Shown piece after piece: positions 35,873 to 52,107 of a stretch of DNA of 64,000 nucleotides. Every line of letters starts with the position of its first letter. The stretch's first letter is position 1. This DNA is from the human T2T-CHM13v2.0 reference genome, Homo sapiens. The stretch lies in NCBI RefSeq assembly GCF_009914755.1, contig NC_060926.1. One strand, written 5' to 3'. The translations under genes and the position numbers were made by a program. The notes under the pieces were generated by a model, which ran no database searches, was not told the DNA's origin, and worked only from the letters and a program-made list of their open reading frames with translations.

Positions 35873-36887
35873 GTATGTTTTAATCTACTTCTTGTTAGTA
35901 CTCTTTTTAAATTGTAAATTTACAAAGTTTTAGTATTAATTATGAGGTGAATTTTTTTAGATATCTTTTTTTGTTTAACATTTAAAAAGAGATGACTATA
36001 AAATACGGATTGAATAGAAACACACTAAAAATTAATTATATAACCTTATATGTTGCAGTAGATGTAGTTTCGTGCTTTCTGCTTCCGGGATCATAAATGT
36101 TTTTGATCAAACTTATTTGAGCTTTTGCAGATGAGGAAGTAACCATTTTGTGGGGTTAACGTGACTTTATTTGCAATATTATGATAAAGCAGAATTGAGA
36201 ACTCCTGGAAATGTTTAAATTTAACTTAGATTTTTAGAAGATAAAATGTTTTATCAACTTTTTTTTAGAAGTCTGTATATATTTTTATTCTCTCTATATA
36301 TTATATAATAACTTATGATAGGGTCAAATTGCTGACTTCCAGATTACTGGTAGAATATATGGGTGTGTAATCATCATGTTAATATTTAAAAGAGAAAATT
36401 ACAGATGTTCTTCTTACTTTTTAAGATTTAATCACAATCTTGATTAACATACTTCAGTTAGGTAAATATTTGGATTTAGGTATCTATTAAAAGTTCTCAG
36501 TCTGACATTGTCAGTTACAGATATTCATTAGTAGTATGAATCAAATTTATTAACTTTTTATGATGTTTTTTACCTTTCTAATGATACTTGAATTTCTGTT
36601 CTATAAGAGATTACATTTTGCATTATTTTTAGAGGTTTAAAATTATTTAGTACTATAAATAATTTTATATTCATTTTGAAACTGTGGCACACATTTTCAT
36701 CTTCTATCTCCATCCTTAAAGTGTAGGGGAATGTTATATAATGTCCTCATTTCTAAAACTGTCTTGTTATCTTTATTGTGAGCAAACCATTATACTTCCT
36801 TATTTGTACATTTTAAGCAAAAATATACAATCCTTTGTTAAGTACTTCTACTTAACAGAGTATATATCTTAAAATATAGAAAAATAA

Positions 36888-37165
36888 GCTGGGCATGGTG
36901 TTTCATACCTGTAATCCCAGCACTTTGAGGGGCTGAGGGAGGAGGATTGCTTGAAGCCAGGAGTTCAAGACCAGCTAGACAACATAGAGACTCTGTCTTT
37001 ACAAACATTTTTAAAAGTTAGCTGGGTGTGGTGGTGGCATGTGCCTGTAGTCCTAGCTACTTGGGAGGCTGAGGCAGGAGGATCCCTTGAGCTCAGGAGT
37101 TCAAGGCTGCAGTGAGCTATGATTACATCACTACACTCCAGTCTGGGTGACAGAGTGAGAGTGTG
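36888..37165 (+). mobile_element. AluJ
   Basis: Dimeric Alu. Confidence 0.88.
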
Positions 37166-37670
37166 CCCTGTGCCCCACACCGCCCCCCAAAAAAAAGAAC
37201 AGAAAAAAGAATATATAAAGAAAAATATTATTTTGATTTGGTTCCAAATTACTGTCTCTTCGGAATGAAGGAACCAGTTACTAGCTGGGTTATTGAAATT
37301 GCCTTATGCATTATTTCTTATATACTAGTTAGGAGACCTTTTTGGGAATTTATGTTTTGTATTACAGGTGTCCTATTTTAGAAATAGAAATTATTTATTA
37401 TGAGAACCTTAAAGCTTATCATTAGTTTAATGAAAGAGTACTTCACATGAAAGTGTCTTATATTTTTTGTTGTTGACATAACAGTTATAAAATGTAGACA
37501 ACGTAAGTACATAGCTTTATAATTATCTGTTATCTGAAAACACGAAGGAAAAAATGGAAGCATTTTTTATCTAAAGATGATCTGCATGAATGTAGGTTCA
37601 TGGAAGTTTCTTCCTTATATTACTACTTCTGTTCAGCATTAATTTCTGTCTGTGCAAAAAAAATTCTGCC

Positions 37671-37965
<295 letters not shown>

Positions 37966-38832
37966 AAAATTCTGCATTTTTGTGTAGAGATTACTGTTTA
38001 AAATTAAAGAAATTAAAGAAAGGTCTTGCAATAACCAATCCAAGGTAATGAAAACTCAGAGATCTTGTGGTTTCCCAATTTCTTTCAATTCTGTTTCTCA
38101 TTCATCCAATAATCCTTATATCTGTGTTAGAGTTTGTTTCAGAGCCCTTGAAAACCAAGAGCAAACATTAATTAAACATCTACTATATTACTATATAAGT
38201 CACTGGGGAGAATATAAAGTTGAATAATATATAACATTAGCTTTACACTGAGAAAGTAGGTTTTGAGATTCTGAATAAATGTTGAATGAAATGGACATCC
38301 CCTTTCCTGGGCACACAGGTTCTCCATTACCTCTTTTATAGGTGTGGTTTTGTTCATTTGTTTGTTTTTGTTTTAAAAAAATTATGGTTAAGCTATACAT
38401 CTCTTTATTCATTTCCTTCCTTTTAGACCTCGGCTTCTGTAAAACCTCTCTATATTTTTCGTCTTTAATATTCTTTTTCAGTTGTTGTCCAAGCTTCTTT
38501 TCTTTCTCTCCATCTCTATTTGCCTGTTTTTTTTTAGTTTTTAATACAATTATTCATATTTATGAAAAGTTATCTTTCACTTTAGTTGCTTTGACCTTCA
38601 GCTAACATGTATCTGTATTTTTGGAATATTATAGGGGATAGGTTATTTGTTATACAGGTTTAAATTTGACATAATACTCTTATACTACTCTCAATGTATT
38701 TGAATTATATCTTGTTTTATTCTAGGATGTGATCTAAACTTTTTCTTAAATACTATCTTTTTTTGAAATGATCTTATGATGACATTTATATATGTGGAAG
38801 TATAGGGCCCACAGATCAAATGCTGCTGCTTC

Positions 38833-39005
38833 TTTTTGTTGTTTTTGAGATGGGGTGTCACTCTGTTGCCCAGGCTGGAGTACAGTGGCATGATCTCAGT
38901 TCACTGCCACCTTCACCTCCAGGCTTAAGCCATCCTCCTGCCTCAGACTCCTGAGTAGCTGGGACTACAGGCGCGCACCACCACACTTGGTTAATTTTTT
39001 GTATT
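38833..39005 (-). mobile_element. Alu right monomer
   Basis: Partial reverse Alu. Confidence 0.8.
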
Positions 39006-39289
39006 TAAATGCTTCTTACACAAATTAAGTGCTTCATATCTTAGGAGGTCATCTGTGTTTTTCCATCTACTGTTTTCCAAAGGACTGAATTCCTGAGCAA
39101 GTCTACCCTTGCTTGGCTAGGTGCTGGGCAGATACCAATTTCTAAACAGAGTTCTTGTATTGACTTTTTTGATTATAAAATACTATAATTTAAGCCATTA
39201 TAATTTTAAAAGAATAAATACTGTTATTTTTAGTAAGATATTTTAAACAAAATTACCCTTATTTGATTTTTTTTCTTTTTTTCTTTTAG

Positions 39290-39448
39290 CAGCTGATGGA
39301 CCATCAGAAAAGGACCTTAACAAAGTCCTTCAGCTTTTGGAACCTCAAATTTCCTTTTTAGAAGACCTGACTAAAATGGGAGGAGCAATGCGGTCTGTTC
39401 TTACTCAGGTTTTGACAAACCAACAAAACTACAAAGATCTGACTTCTG
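39290..39448 (+). CDS. UBR3: UBR3 exon 3: AADGPSEKDLNKVLQLLEPQISFLEDLTKMGGAMRSVLTQVLTNQQNYKDLTS(G)
   Basis: tttTAG|CAG acceptor, G|gtgagt donor, 159 nt, phase 1-1, in frame with the previous exon. Confidence 0.95.
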
Positions 39449-39558
39449 GTGAGTAAAATGTTAGAAGAAATTTATAGTTTTCATATCTTACTATAATGAT
39501 AAGAAATTGAGTCTTTTAGAACTTAAAGGTAAATTGTAGAATTTTCATAGAATGCTAA

Positions 39559-39877
<319 letters not shown>

Positions 39878-39954
39878 AAGAGAACTTCTTGTTTTATGGA
39901 TGAGGAAATTGAGCCCTAGGAAAATGAAATGGCCTGTTTAAACCTCACAATTAA

Positions 39955-40377
<423 letters not shown>

Positions 40378-41007
40378 CTACGTCTCTTTCTTTAAACGCA
40401 AGGCTGAGAAGTGATCCCCTTTCTTTAACAGTAACAACCATCATGTCTATGTTTTCACTTTTGATATTTTAAGTTTTTGTGTTGTATCGCCTAGGATTTT
40501 CTAATATACAGCTTAAGTTATAAAACTTGGAATTGTTGAATGGTGTATTGTTATACAAAACATTCATACGCCTTTCCCAAGCACTCTGCTTTCGATAACT
40601 GCATGCTTGGTATTACGAGAGCACAGACTGTCAAACCAGAAGGTGAATTCCGCTACATAATTATTATCTACCATATTACCTCTCTGACTTTCTTTACTGT
40701 AATTTTCAGGTTCCTTTAAAGTTCGGATCATGTCTTATTAATTTTTGTGCCCCACATTCCCTTGGATATTTTAGATGCCCACCTACTTTGTAGATTTCAT
40801 TATTTGGTATAAACATGCTGTGTATTCTCGGATTGTTAGTGCTAAACATAAGCACAAAAGTGTTATTTGAAGCTATCTTATATTATTCATTCTAGGGCTC
40901 CCACTCCATTAGAATATTCACCTATTTATAGATACTAGTTAATGAAAAGACCATACTGAGATTTTGAATGGAATATTTTTTTCTGATTTGAAGTTTGTTT
41001 TAATTAG

Positions 41008-41151
41008 GTCTTGGAGAAAATGCTTGTGTAAAGAAAAGTCATGAAAAGTACCTTATAGCTTTAAAGAGCTCTGGACTTACATATCCTGAGGATAAGCTTG
41101 TATATGGTGTGCAGGAGCCATCTGCTGGTACTAGTTCTCTGGCTGTTCAAG
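41008..41151 (+). CDS. UBR3: UBR3 exon 4: GLGENACVKKSHEKYLIALKSSGLTYPEDKLVYGVQEPSAGTSSLAVQ(G)
   Basis: ttAG acceptor, AAG|gtttgt donor, 144 nt, phase 1-1, open frame. Confidence 0.93.
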
Positions 41152-41591
41152 GTTTGTCTAAATATTTAATTTGAACAGTTGTAACTTTTCTGTATTAAAA
41201 CCAAAAAAACCTCTCAAACTTTACTCATTATTGAAAAAAATTATTTTGAACTAAAACAGTATTATTCTTTTTAAGAAAAGTAATAAAAGTAGTAAAAATT
41301 TAGAGGCAAAAAAGAATAGATTGACCAAAGAAGAGAATGCATTTTTCTTAAATGGAATTTGATTAGCTTATTAAGGTTCTGGTTCTAACTCATGAAAAAT
41401 GTACAGTTGCTATTCAAGAGTAGCCCAAAACTTTACTGCCTCAATATTTTAGTAAACTATGGTTTAAAACTAAAAAGAGATCCTTCTGAAACACCATTTG
41501 TAATAACTGTATTAAATCTGAGTTTTCACTGGAGAATTCCTATTGAAGTATCAACCTATTAGGTCCAAACTTATTTGAGATAAATGTTGGA

Positions 41592-41892
<301 letters not shown>

Positions 41893-42039
41893 GTTGGACT
41901 TTGCCAAGATAACTGTTAGAATGAGGTGTCCTAACGTAACAAAACTTAGCTTTTTGATATTTGTATTTCTCAGAATAATTTGAAAATAAAGCAATATGTA
42001 GCAACTATGAAGGACAACTATTTTTCTTCTCCTCCAAAG

Positions 42040-42089
42040 GTTTCATAGGCGCAACAGGAACTTTGGGACAAGTGGATTCTTCAGATGAG
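42040..42089 (+). CDS. UBR3: UBR3 exon 5: [17 protein letters not shown]
   Basis: ttcttctcctccaaAG acceptor, GAG|gtgaga donor, 50 nt, phase 1-0. Confidence 0.92.
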
Positions 42090-43014
42090 GTGAGATTTAA
42101 AGTTCAAAACTTTTTAAAAAGTACAATTTTGTGCTTTTTTATACTTTTTTATTATTTTATACTTCTTTATAGTTCTGAAACTGTATAGATTTGTAGGCAT
42201 TATGTAGTTTAAGTTTCTCATTCTATAGACAAGGACACTGAAGCCCATAATGGCTTCTGGGAAGCCTAGATCACACAATTACTTAGTGACAGAACGAGGT
42301 GTGTAACTAGATTTTTACTTCTTGTTTATAATTCATTTTTCTTTTTCACAGTTTAAAAGTGGGTAGAAAGAGGTAGAGATTTCTCCTCAGAGGCTATCCC
42401 CAAATTTACCCGTATAGTTGTCATATGTACAATGAAATTATTTTTGAAAATTTCGCTAAGTTTAGGATAATTTATTAAAAGACTATGAAATGGAACTGTT
42501 TTTCTAATCGTATAATAAAGTTACATTTTACATGTCAGGGATTTTTTTTTAAAACTATGTACTGGGAAAAAGACCATCAATTTGAAATTTCAATTTTTAT
42601 AGTGTTTATTAATAATAAATAGGAAAAATCATTGTTATATTTCTATATTTTATTACATAATTTATAAGAGAAAAATTGCTGTTATATTTGCTTATAATCT
42701 TGTTGCTTATTCAACTTAAATTTTATATTTCTAATACATTTAATTAAAATCTAAAAAATAAAATTACATTTAAACATATATATCTTTTTTCTTTTGGAAA
42801 TTCATTTTGAGTTGATAATGTAATGTGAATTAAGCCAAATATACTCCTTTTAAAGGGATGATTTCTGTTGTGGAAGTCTTGTAATTGATTTAATACCTTA
42901 AAATTTAAATTTTATAGTTTTTCCCCTCTAAAAAGGCTTTCACACAATGTTACGTTTTGTGGAGTCTCATTTTGGGCAATTTTCAAGAATTTTCATCAGA
43001 TTGGAGAGGCAGTT

Positions 43015-43250
43015 TATTATGCTGTGTAGGAGTCTGACTCTGGAATTAGACTGCCTGGGTTTGACTTCTGGCTCCTTTACCTATTAGTAGTGTAACCTTG
43101 GGCAAGTGTCTTAACTTCTTCATGTCTAAATTTCCTTATCTGTGAAATGGAGATAATAATAGTACTTATTTCATGAGAATATTATGAGGATTGAATGAGT
43201 TAACATATGTAAGCACTTACAGCCCTGGTGCCCAGCATATTGTAAACACT
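43015..43250 (+). mobile_element. MIR
   Basis: gactgcctgggtttga...accttgggcaagt...tccttatctgtgaaatggagataataatagtac core. Confidence 0.8.
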
Positions 43251-44254
43251 GTATGTGTGTTAGTTAAATAAAATAGAGTAATTTAAAAAACTTATGTAAA
43301 TGGTTAGCTTATAAATTTTGCTTCTGTTTTGTAACAAAATAACTTCTGAGAATCATATTGTTACAATGACAAATGGGAAAAATTTTCTGATATTTAAAAT
43401 AGACTTTCAAAAACATATAAACATTATTATTTTAACTAAACTTTAATAATTCCATTTTGAAGATAGGGGAGGGGAATGGTGGAAGTAAGACTGCTAATTC
43501 TTCGTATGCCAAAGAAGGAAGTAATTGGTAATACACATATAGTTTTAAACTGCTTATTTTGCTCTAAGGGCATTTTGTGGGGAGGTGGAATGGCCTATTA
43601 AAAGGCGAGTTCTCAGAGTAGGAGTTGACTATGAATGGGTGAATGAATGGGCACTTCTTTAGCTAAAGCCACCTGAGCAGGGGTCTTATATCTGTAGCCA
43701 GTAGGAACTTTAGACAACTATTGCGTGATGAAATGGTTTGGTCATTGTTCAGAGCACTTTATTAAAATAAACATCTTGACTTGATTTAAAACAACAAAAA
43801 TCTGTGGTCTTAAGTTTATATTTATGTGGTAGGTTAGAATTGTCATATTATTTTAGCATGCCTAGCATTATGTATCCAACAGGCTTGCTAACAATTCTAC
43901 TTTATTTTCATGAATTGAATTTTATTTCTGGATATGTAAAAAGCTGATCTTCAACACAGATGCCTTCTCCTCTGTCTAGGACAGAAGTAACAATCATTTT
44001 TATCTTGGCCTGAACTCTCCAGATTAGCATTTGAATTTCCCGTGGAGACTTTCATTGTACACAACTGCATTGCAACAACATTCTATTTTATGGTTGGGTG
44101 CTAGAAGGACATCCTTGTGTGTGTGTTTGTGTGTGCACGTGTGTGTGTATTGAGGGGCTTTTGAATCTCTTCTAGAAGTAATTTCTAGATGATATCAGAT
44201 AATTTTAAATATTGCCCCTTTTTTATTCATTACTATTGCTTCTAATCTGTCCTT

Positions 44255-44440
44255 TTTAGGTCCTCACTTCTGTTTCCCGCCTCCATCCTCAAGTAGGCCC
44301 CAGTGTCTGTTGTTTCTCCCTTTGTGTCGATATTTTCTCATTATTTATCTCCTACTTAAAGTGAGAATATATGGTATTTGGTTTTCTGTTCCTACATTAG
44401 TTGGCTAAGGATTATGGCCTCCTGCTCCATCCATGTTCAT
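44255..44440 (-). mobile_element. L1PA/PB 3' fragment
   Basis: gtgagaatatatggtatttggttttctgttcc is reverse-complement L1 3'UTR. Confidence 0.7.
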
Positions 44441-44670
44441 TTCTCTTAGATTCTGTTTCAGCAACTTCTGTGTGTAGTATGTTTTATGTAACCATTTGTT
44501 CCTTAATTATGATCATGTCTCAGTGTGAATATCATGGTAAATACTTTTTGATGTTAACAACTTTAAAATACTTTATTTCAGCCCCTAGTCTCTCATAATA
44601 CATTGTTTTTGTTATAGCTGAGAAGATTTACTTTTAAAGCATGTGATGTATATTTAATACATTTAAGTAG

Positions 44671-45078
<408 letters not shown>

Positions 45079-45185
45079 TAAGAATTTGAAGTAGAGTTGT
45101 TTAGCCAGAGGTATCTACCCGTATGTTTCTTTTTTTTTTTTTTGAGATAGGGTCTTGCTCTCTCAGGCTAGAGTGCAGTGATACT

Positions 45186-45886
45186 TTATATATATATATA
45201 CACATATATACATATATAATTATATATGTATATGTATATTTATATTATATATTATATAATATATATTATATATTAATAAATTATATATAATATAATATAT
45301 ATGTATATTTATATTTATGTTATAATATACATATAATTATATATGTATGTATACATGTATACATATACGTATATGGGTATATGTATACATATATGTATAT
45401 GTGTACATGTATACATATAGGTATATGTATACATGTATACATATAATTACATATGTATGTATACATACATATGTAATTATATATATGTATATGTATATTT
45501 ATATAATATATAATATGTATTATATATTATACATGCATATTTATATGTATATTATATATACACATATAATATAATTATATATGTATGTATATATACACAT
45601 ATATATTTATATTATATATGTATATTATATACATATATTTATATTATATATGTATATATATTTATCATATTTATATGTAATATGCATGTGTAATAAGTAA
45701 TATACACATTTATATATGTATATTATATACATATATTTATATTGTATATGTATATATATTTATATATATTTGTATATCATATATTTATATATTGTATATT
45801 TATGTATATTATATATTTATATATTATATATGTATTATATAATATATATGTAAATATATATTATATATAAAAATATATATATATAA
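45186..45886. repeat. ~700-bp TA-rich low-complexity tract, preceded by a 50-bp Alu stub (45130-45181)
   Basis: Almost exclusively TA/TATG/TACA units. Confidence 0.95.
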
Positions 45887-45941
45887 AATAAGGTGTTTGC
45901 TTTATGGTTTTAAACTTGTCAAGTCTTGAGTTAGAAAAGTC

Positions 45942-46240
45942 AGCTGGGTGTGGTGGCCCATAACTGTAATCCCAGCATTTTGGGAGGCCGAGGCGGGCAG
46001 ATCACCTGAAGTCAGGAGTTCGAGACCAGCCTGGCCAACATTGTGAAACCCCATCTCTACTGAAAATACAAAAATTAGCTGAACATGCTGGCACATGCAT
46101 GTAATCCCAGCTACTCAGGGCACTGAGACAGGAGAACCCCTTGAACCTGGAGGCAGAAGTTGCAGAGCTGAGATTGCACCACTGCACTTCAGCCTGGGTG
46201 ACAGAGTGAGACTCCATCTCAAAAAAAAGAAAAAAAAAAA
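45942..46240 (+). mobile_element. AluS
   Basis: Dimeric Alu. Confidence 0.9.
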
Positions 46241-46504
46241 GAAAAGTCATGTGATACAACAAAAACGAAATGAAAATTAGTGTCAAGCAATTCAAGGGTT
46301 ATAAAAATTATGACTGCTTGAGCTAAAAGGGACTATATAATTCATCTTGTCTTTCTTATTTATGGATGAAAAAACTGAATTCCATAGAATTAACTGATTC
46401 ACTCAGGCTAGTGAATGCCGTCTAGTTAGTGGTAGAGTTGAAATTGGGCACTAGTTCTTCTATCTGCTGGTCTAAGTGTTCTTTCTATAAAGTGGATAAA
46501 CCAT

Positions 46505-47043
46505 GATTGTCATTACTGTTGCTATGCAGCAAATTTGCCCAAAGCTTTATGTCTTAAAATTACCATTTTATTTTGCTCACAATTTTATGACTTAGGAACG
46601 TGAGAATGGCATTTGGGCAGTTCTTACTTTGGTCATCATATGTGGTTGCAGTTAGTTGTTGGCTGCAGCCATAGTCATCTGAGGGCTTCACACTGAGACG
46701 GAGATCTAAGATGGCTCACTCATAGGGCTGATAGTTGATGCTGACCATCCGAGAACTCAGCTGGTTGTTGATCAGTATGACGACATGTGGTTTCTCCAGC
46801 ATGGTGGTCTCAAGTTGGACATCTTACATAGTAGTGACTTACTTCTCCCAGGCCAACAGCCCAAGAGTAGAAGCTGTAGAGCCTTTTCTGAGCTAGTCTT
46901 GGAAGGTATGTGGTGTCACTTCATCCTTTTTGTTATAAACGAGTTGCTAAAGTATGTCCAGATTCAGTGGGAGGTGATATAGATCCCACCTCTTGATGGG
47001 AAGAATGTCAGAGAATTTGTAAACATGTTTTAAAACTTCCACA
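46505..47043 (-). mobile_element. MLT1-family LTR
   Basis: ccattttattttgctcaca...aagatggctcactcat...ccacctcttgatgggaag...ttttaaaacttccaca. Confidence 0.7.
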
Positions 47044-47319
47044 ACCAGGATATGACATTAGTCATTCTTTTCCCTGGATTCAGTTGATAATCCAATAGTG
47101 GGTAGTGATAATAGCTAAATAATGTACCAATAATTTCTTATAAATTTTCTATCTATTTTAGTGGCACTATCTCTTGGGAAAAAATACAACTGATAAAGTA
47201 ATGCCATTTTAGCCAGTAATGGCTATTACAGAGTTTTAATGAAAATCAAAGCTTTCCTTAAGTATAGTAGTTACTATTGTACATCAAGAGAATAAAAACT
47301 TATATTTAGATTATAAGGT

Positions 47320-47930
<611 letters not shown>

Positions 47931-48782
47931 AAGAGTTGACTTTTAACTTTGTAAAGCAGAAGAAAATATACTGAAATTTTATTAGTATTCATTGTATGTT
48001 AAAGAACAAAATATATTTTTGAATTTAATTACTAATGAGGCTATGAAACTACTGTGACTCTTCCGCTAGTCTCTTTTTGGGGTTGTGTATCCTGTTTTAA
48101 TCTGGTTTGTTTTTTGTTTATTAGTGGAAAACATTATTTTATTAGGACTAATGGCCTACATGGAATAAAAATTCTGTTGGTGGCTAGGCATCATAAGCAA
48201 GAAGCAATGTTAATTGAGTTTGTGCGATTTATTTGGAAAGAAAGATAAGAAGTTCCATCAACCCCTTTAAAAATGAATATGATTATTATTTAAAATTTGC
48301 TTTTACTTTTGTTCTTCTCAAAGTATTTTTTAACATATATTAAAATGGTCAAAATGCAATAATTATTATAGAATAGAATAGATTAAGGTGAAAATAGATG
48401 AAGGGATAAGATAGATGGAAAGAGGTTGATAGAGGAAGAGTACTTAAATATAGATGTTCTTGAACAAATAACTATTTTATGCCATTTAAATATTCATTAA
48501 GGCTTTTAATGTCATGTTGCATTTTACTTGGAACTGTAGGCACAAATGACATATTTGCTTTAGTATTTATATTTGAAATATAGTGAAGAGCTAGGTATGG
48601 CTTCAGGATTAGAATTTCTACACCATTACCTTATAGGCCCATGGGATTGTTAAGCAAACCCTTTTCATGATTTTATTGTTGTAATTTAAGATATCATAAA
48701 GGAAGATAGGATGAGAATAAATGGACAATGACATTTTAATTACTACTATAGAGTAGGAATTGTAACAATTAAAAGATATTTT

Positions 48783-49777
<995 letters not shown>

Positions 49778-51180
49778 TTAATGTATTTCTTTTCCAGTGC
49801 AGGAATTGATTTTACAACATTCCTGACAGTTGGTAAGCCTCTCCATAAATACTTCCAATCGTAGGGAGCTTACCTAGTTTATGAGGCAACTTACTCCCTT
49901 GATAGCTCTAATTATTAAATTCTTCTCAATATTGTGTTAAATATTGTAACTTTCGCATATTTCTTGTTTTGCCTTCTAGAAAGATTTTTATTTCCAGATG
50001 ACACTTTTAAATATTTACTTTTAGATATTAATATTTTCTGTCGCGCATAGTTCTTTCTTTTCACTGTCTAGTAAACTCATTTTCTTTTAAAATCTATGTC
50101 CTCATTTAGTGCACAGTGATGGGACATCTTTTGATAAGCATACCGTGTCTTCATTAAGGCCCAAAGCTTTTTGTTATTTTTTTAGCAGCTATCCTAAATT
50201 GTTGGCAGGAGCCACAGAGGTCAAACAAAATGCCCAACATTTCCCCCTGGGCCCCACCTTACAGCTGACAAGTTAGAACTCCCTTGTAGTGTTATACTTG
50301 TGAAGTTGATTTAAAGCAAACAGTCTGATTATAGGGGCTTACATAAATCTTCAAGTTTCATCTTATTGTTATAGTCTTAAGATCTTTGTATTTCATTTTT
50401 GTAAGGTGACATATTAAATATTCCTTCTAGCCCTGTGTAGTCTGTGTTAATATTCTTTGAGTATTGTTGTAACCAGCTGTGAATTTACCTGACTTCTTTT
50501 TATGAAGCTCACATTTATGAAAAAATGTGATGAAAACTGTCTAGAAAATCCATCAAAAAAAAGAAAGGTTAATTTAGGTTGAGAAACCATCTGTAGATTT
50601 TGCAGATTGGGAGTTTGAATCTGTTTTTCTTGGATTTTCTTGTCTCATGTCTTCTTGTTTCTTTCCAAAATGTTTTGGACCTGTGTCCATATTTTGTGCC
50701 TGAAACACATGTAGCAATAGTGCCTACTTCCATGCTCAGGGTCTATTTAAGGTCTGAAAAGTTCCTGAGGGCTGTACAAATGCTGTCTGGGTTGAGATTG
50801 TATTTGATTTATTTCCTCTTGTCAGTTGGACCATCATCTTCTCTTAGGATCCTATACTGCTTCCTCAGGGACAAATGAACCTTAGCTCCACATCATGAAT
50901 TTGGAGGAATGGGAAATTGTGGTTATGATAACTGTTTTGTTTTCGTTTTCCTTAATGCCTGAATTCTCTACTTTTGGGAGTTATTTCTGTTTGTTAACAG
51001 TACTGTACTTTCTAAAAATAAAAATATAGAACTTATAACTGATAATATAGTAATCTGTTATTGTTGGAACAAGTAGTATTGGAAATCAGACTTGTATTTT
51101 AAAAAGATGTTTATTAACTTAAAACTACAATCCATATTCATTGTTGAATAAGTAGAAAATAAATATTAACAAAAAGATAA

Positions 51181-51942
<762 letters not shown>

Positions 51943-52107
51943 TAACAGATTTTATGTATGTCATATTTTAATGGTTTCATGCTGTATATACTCCTGTATT
52001 ACTTGCTTTTCTCACTGATGACAGTTTTGAACATCTATAAAAAGGAATATACTAACAGATTTTATTTGTGAATGTTATCAATACTTAAATAATTTCATAC
52101 TGCATAT

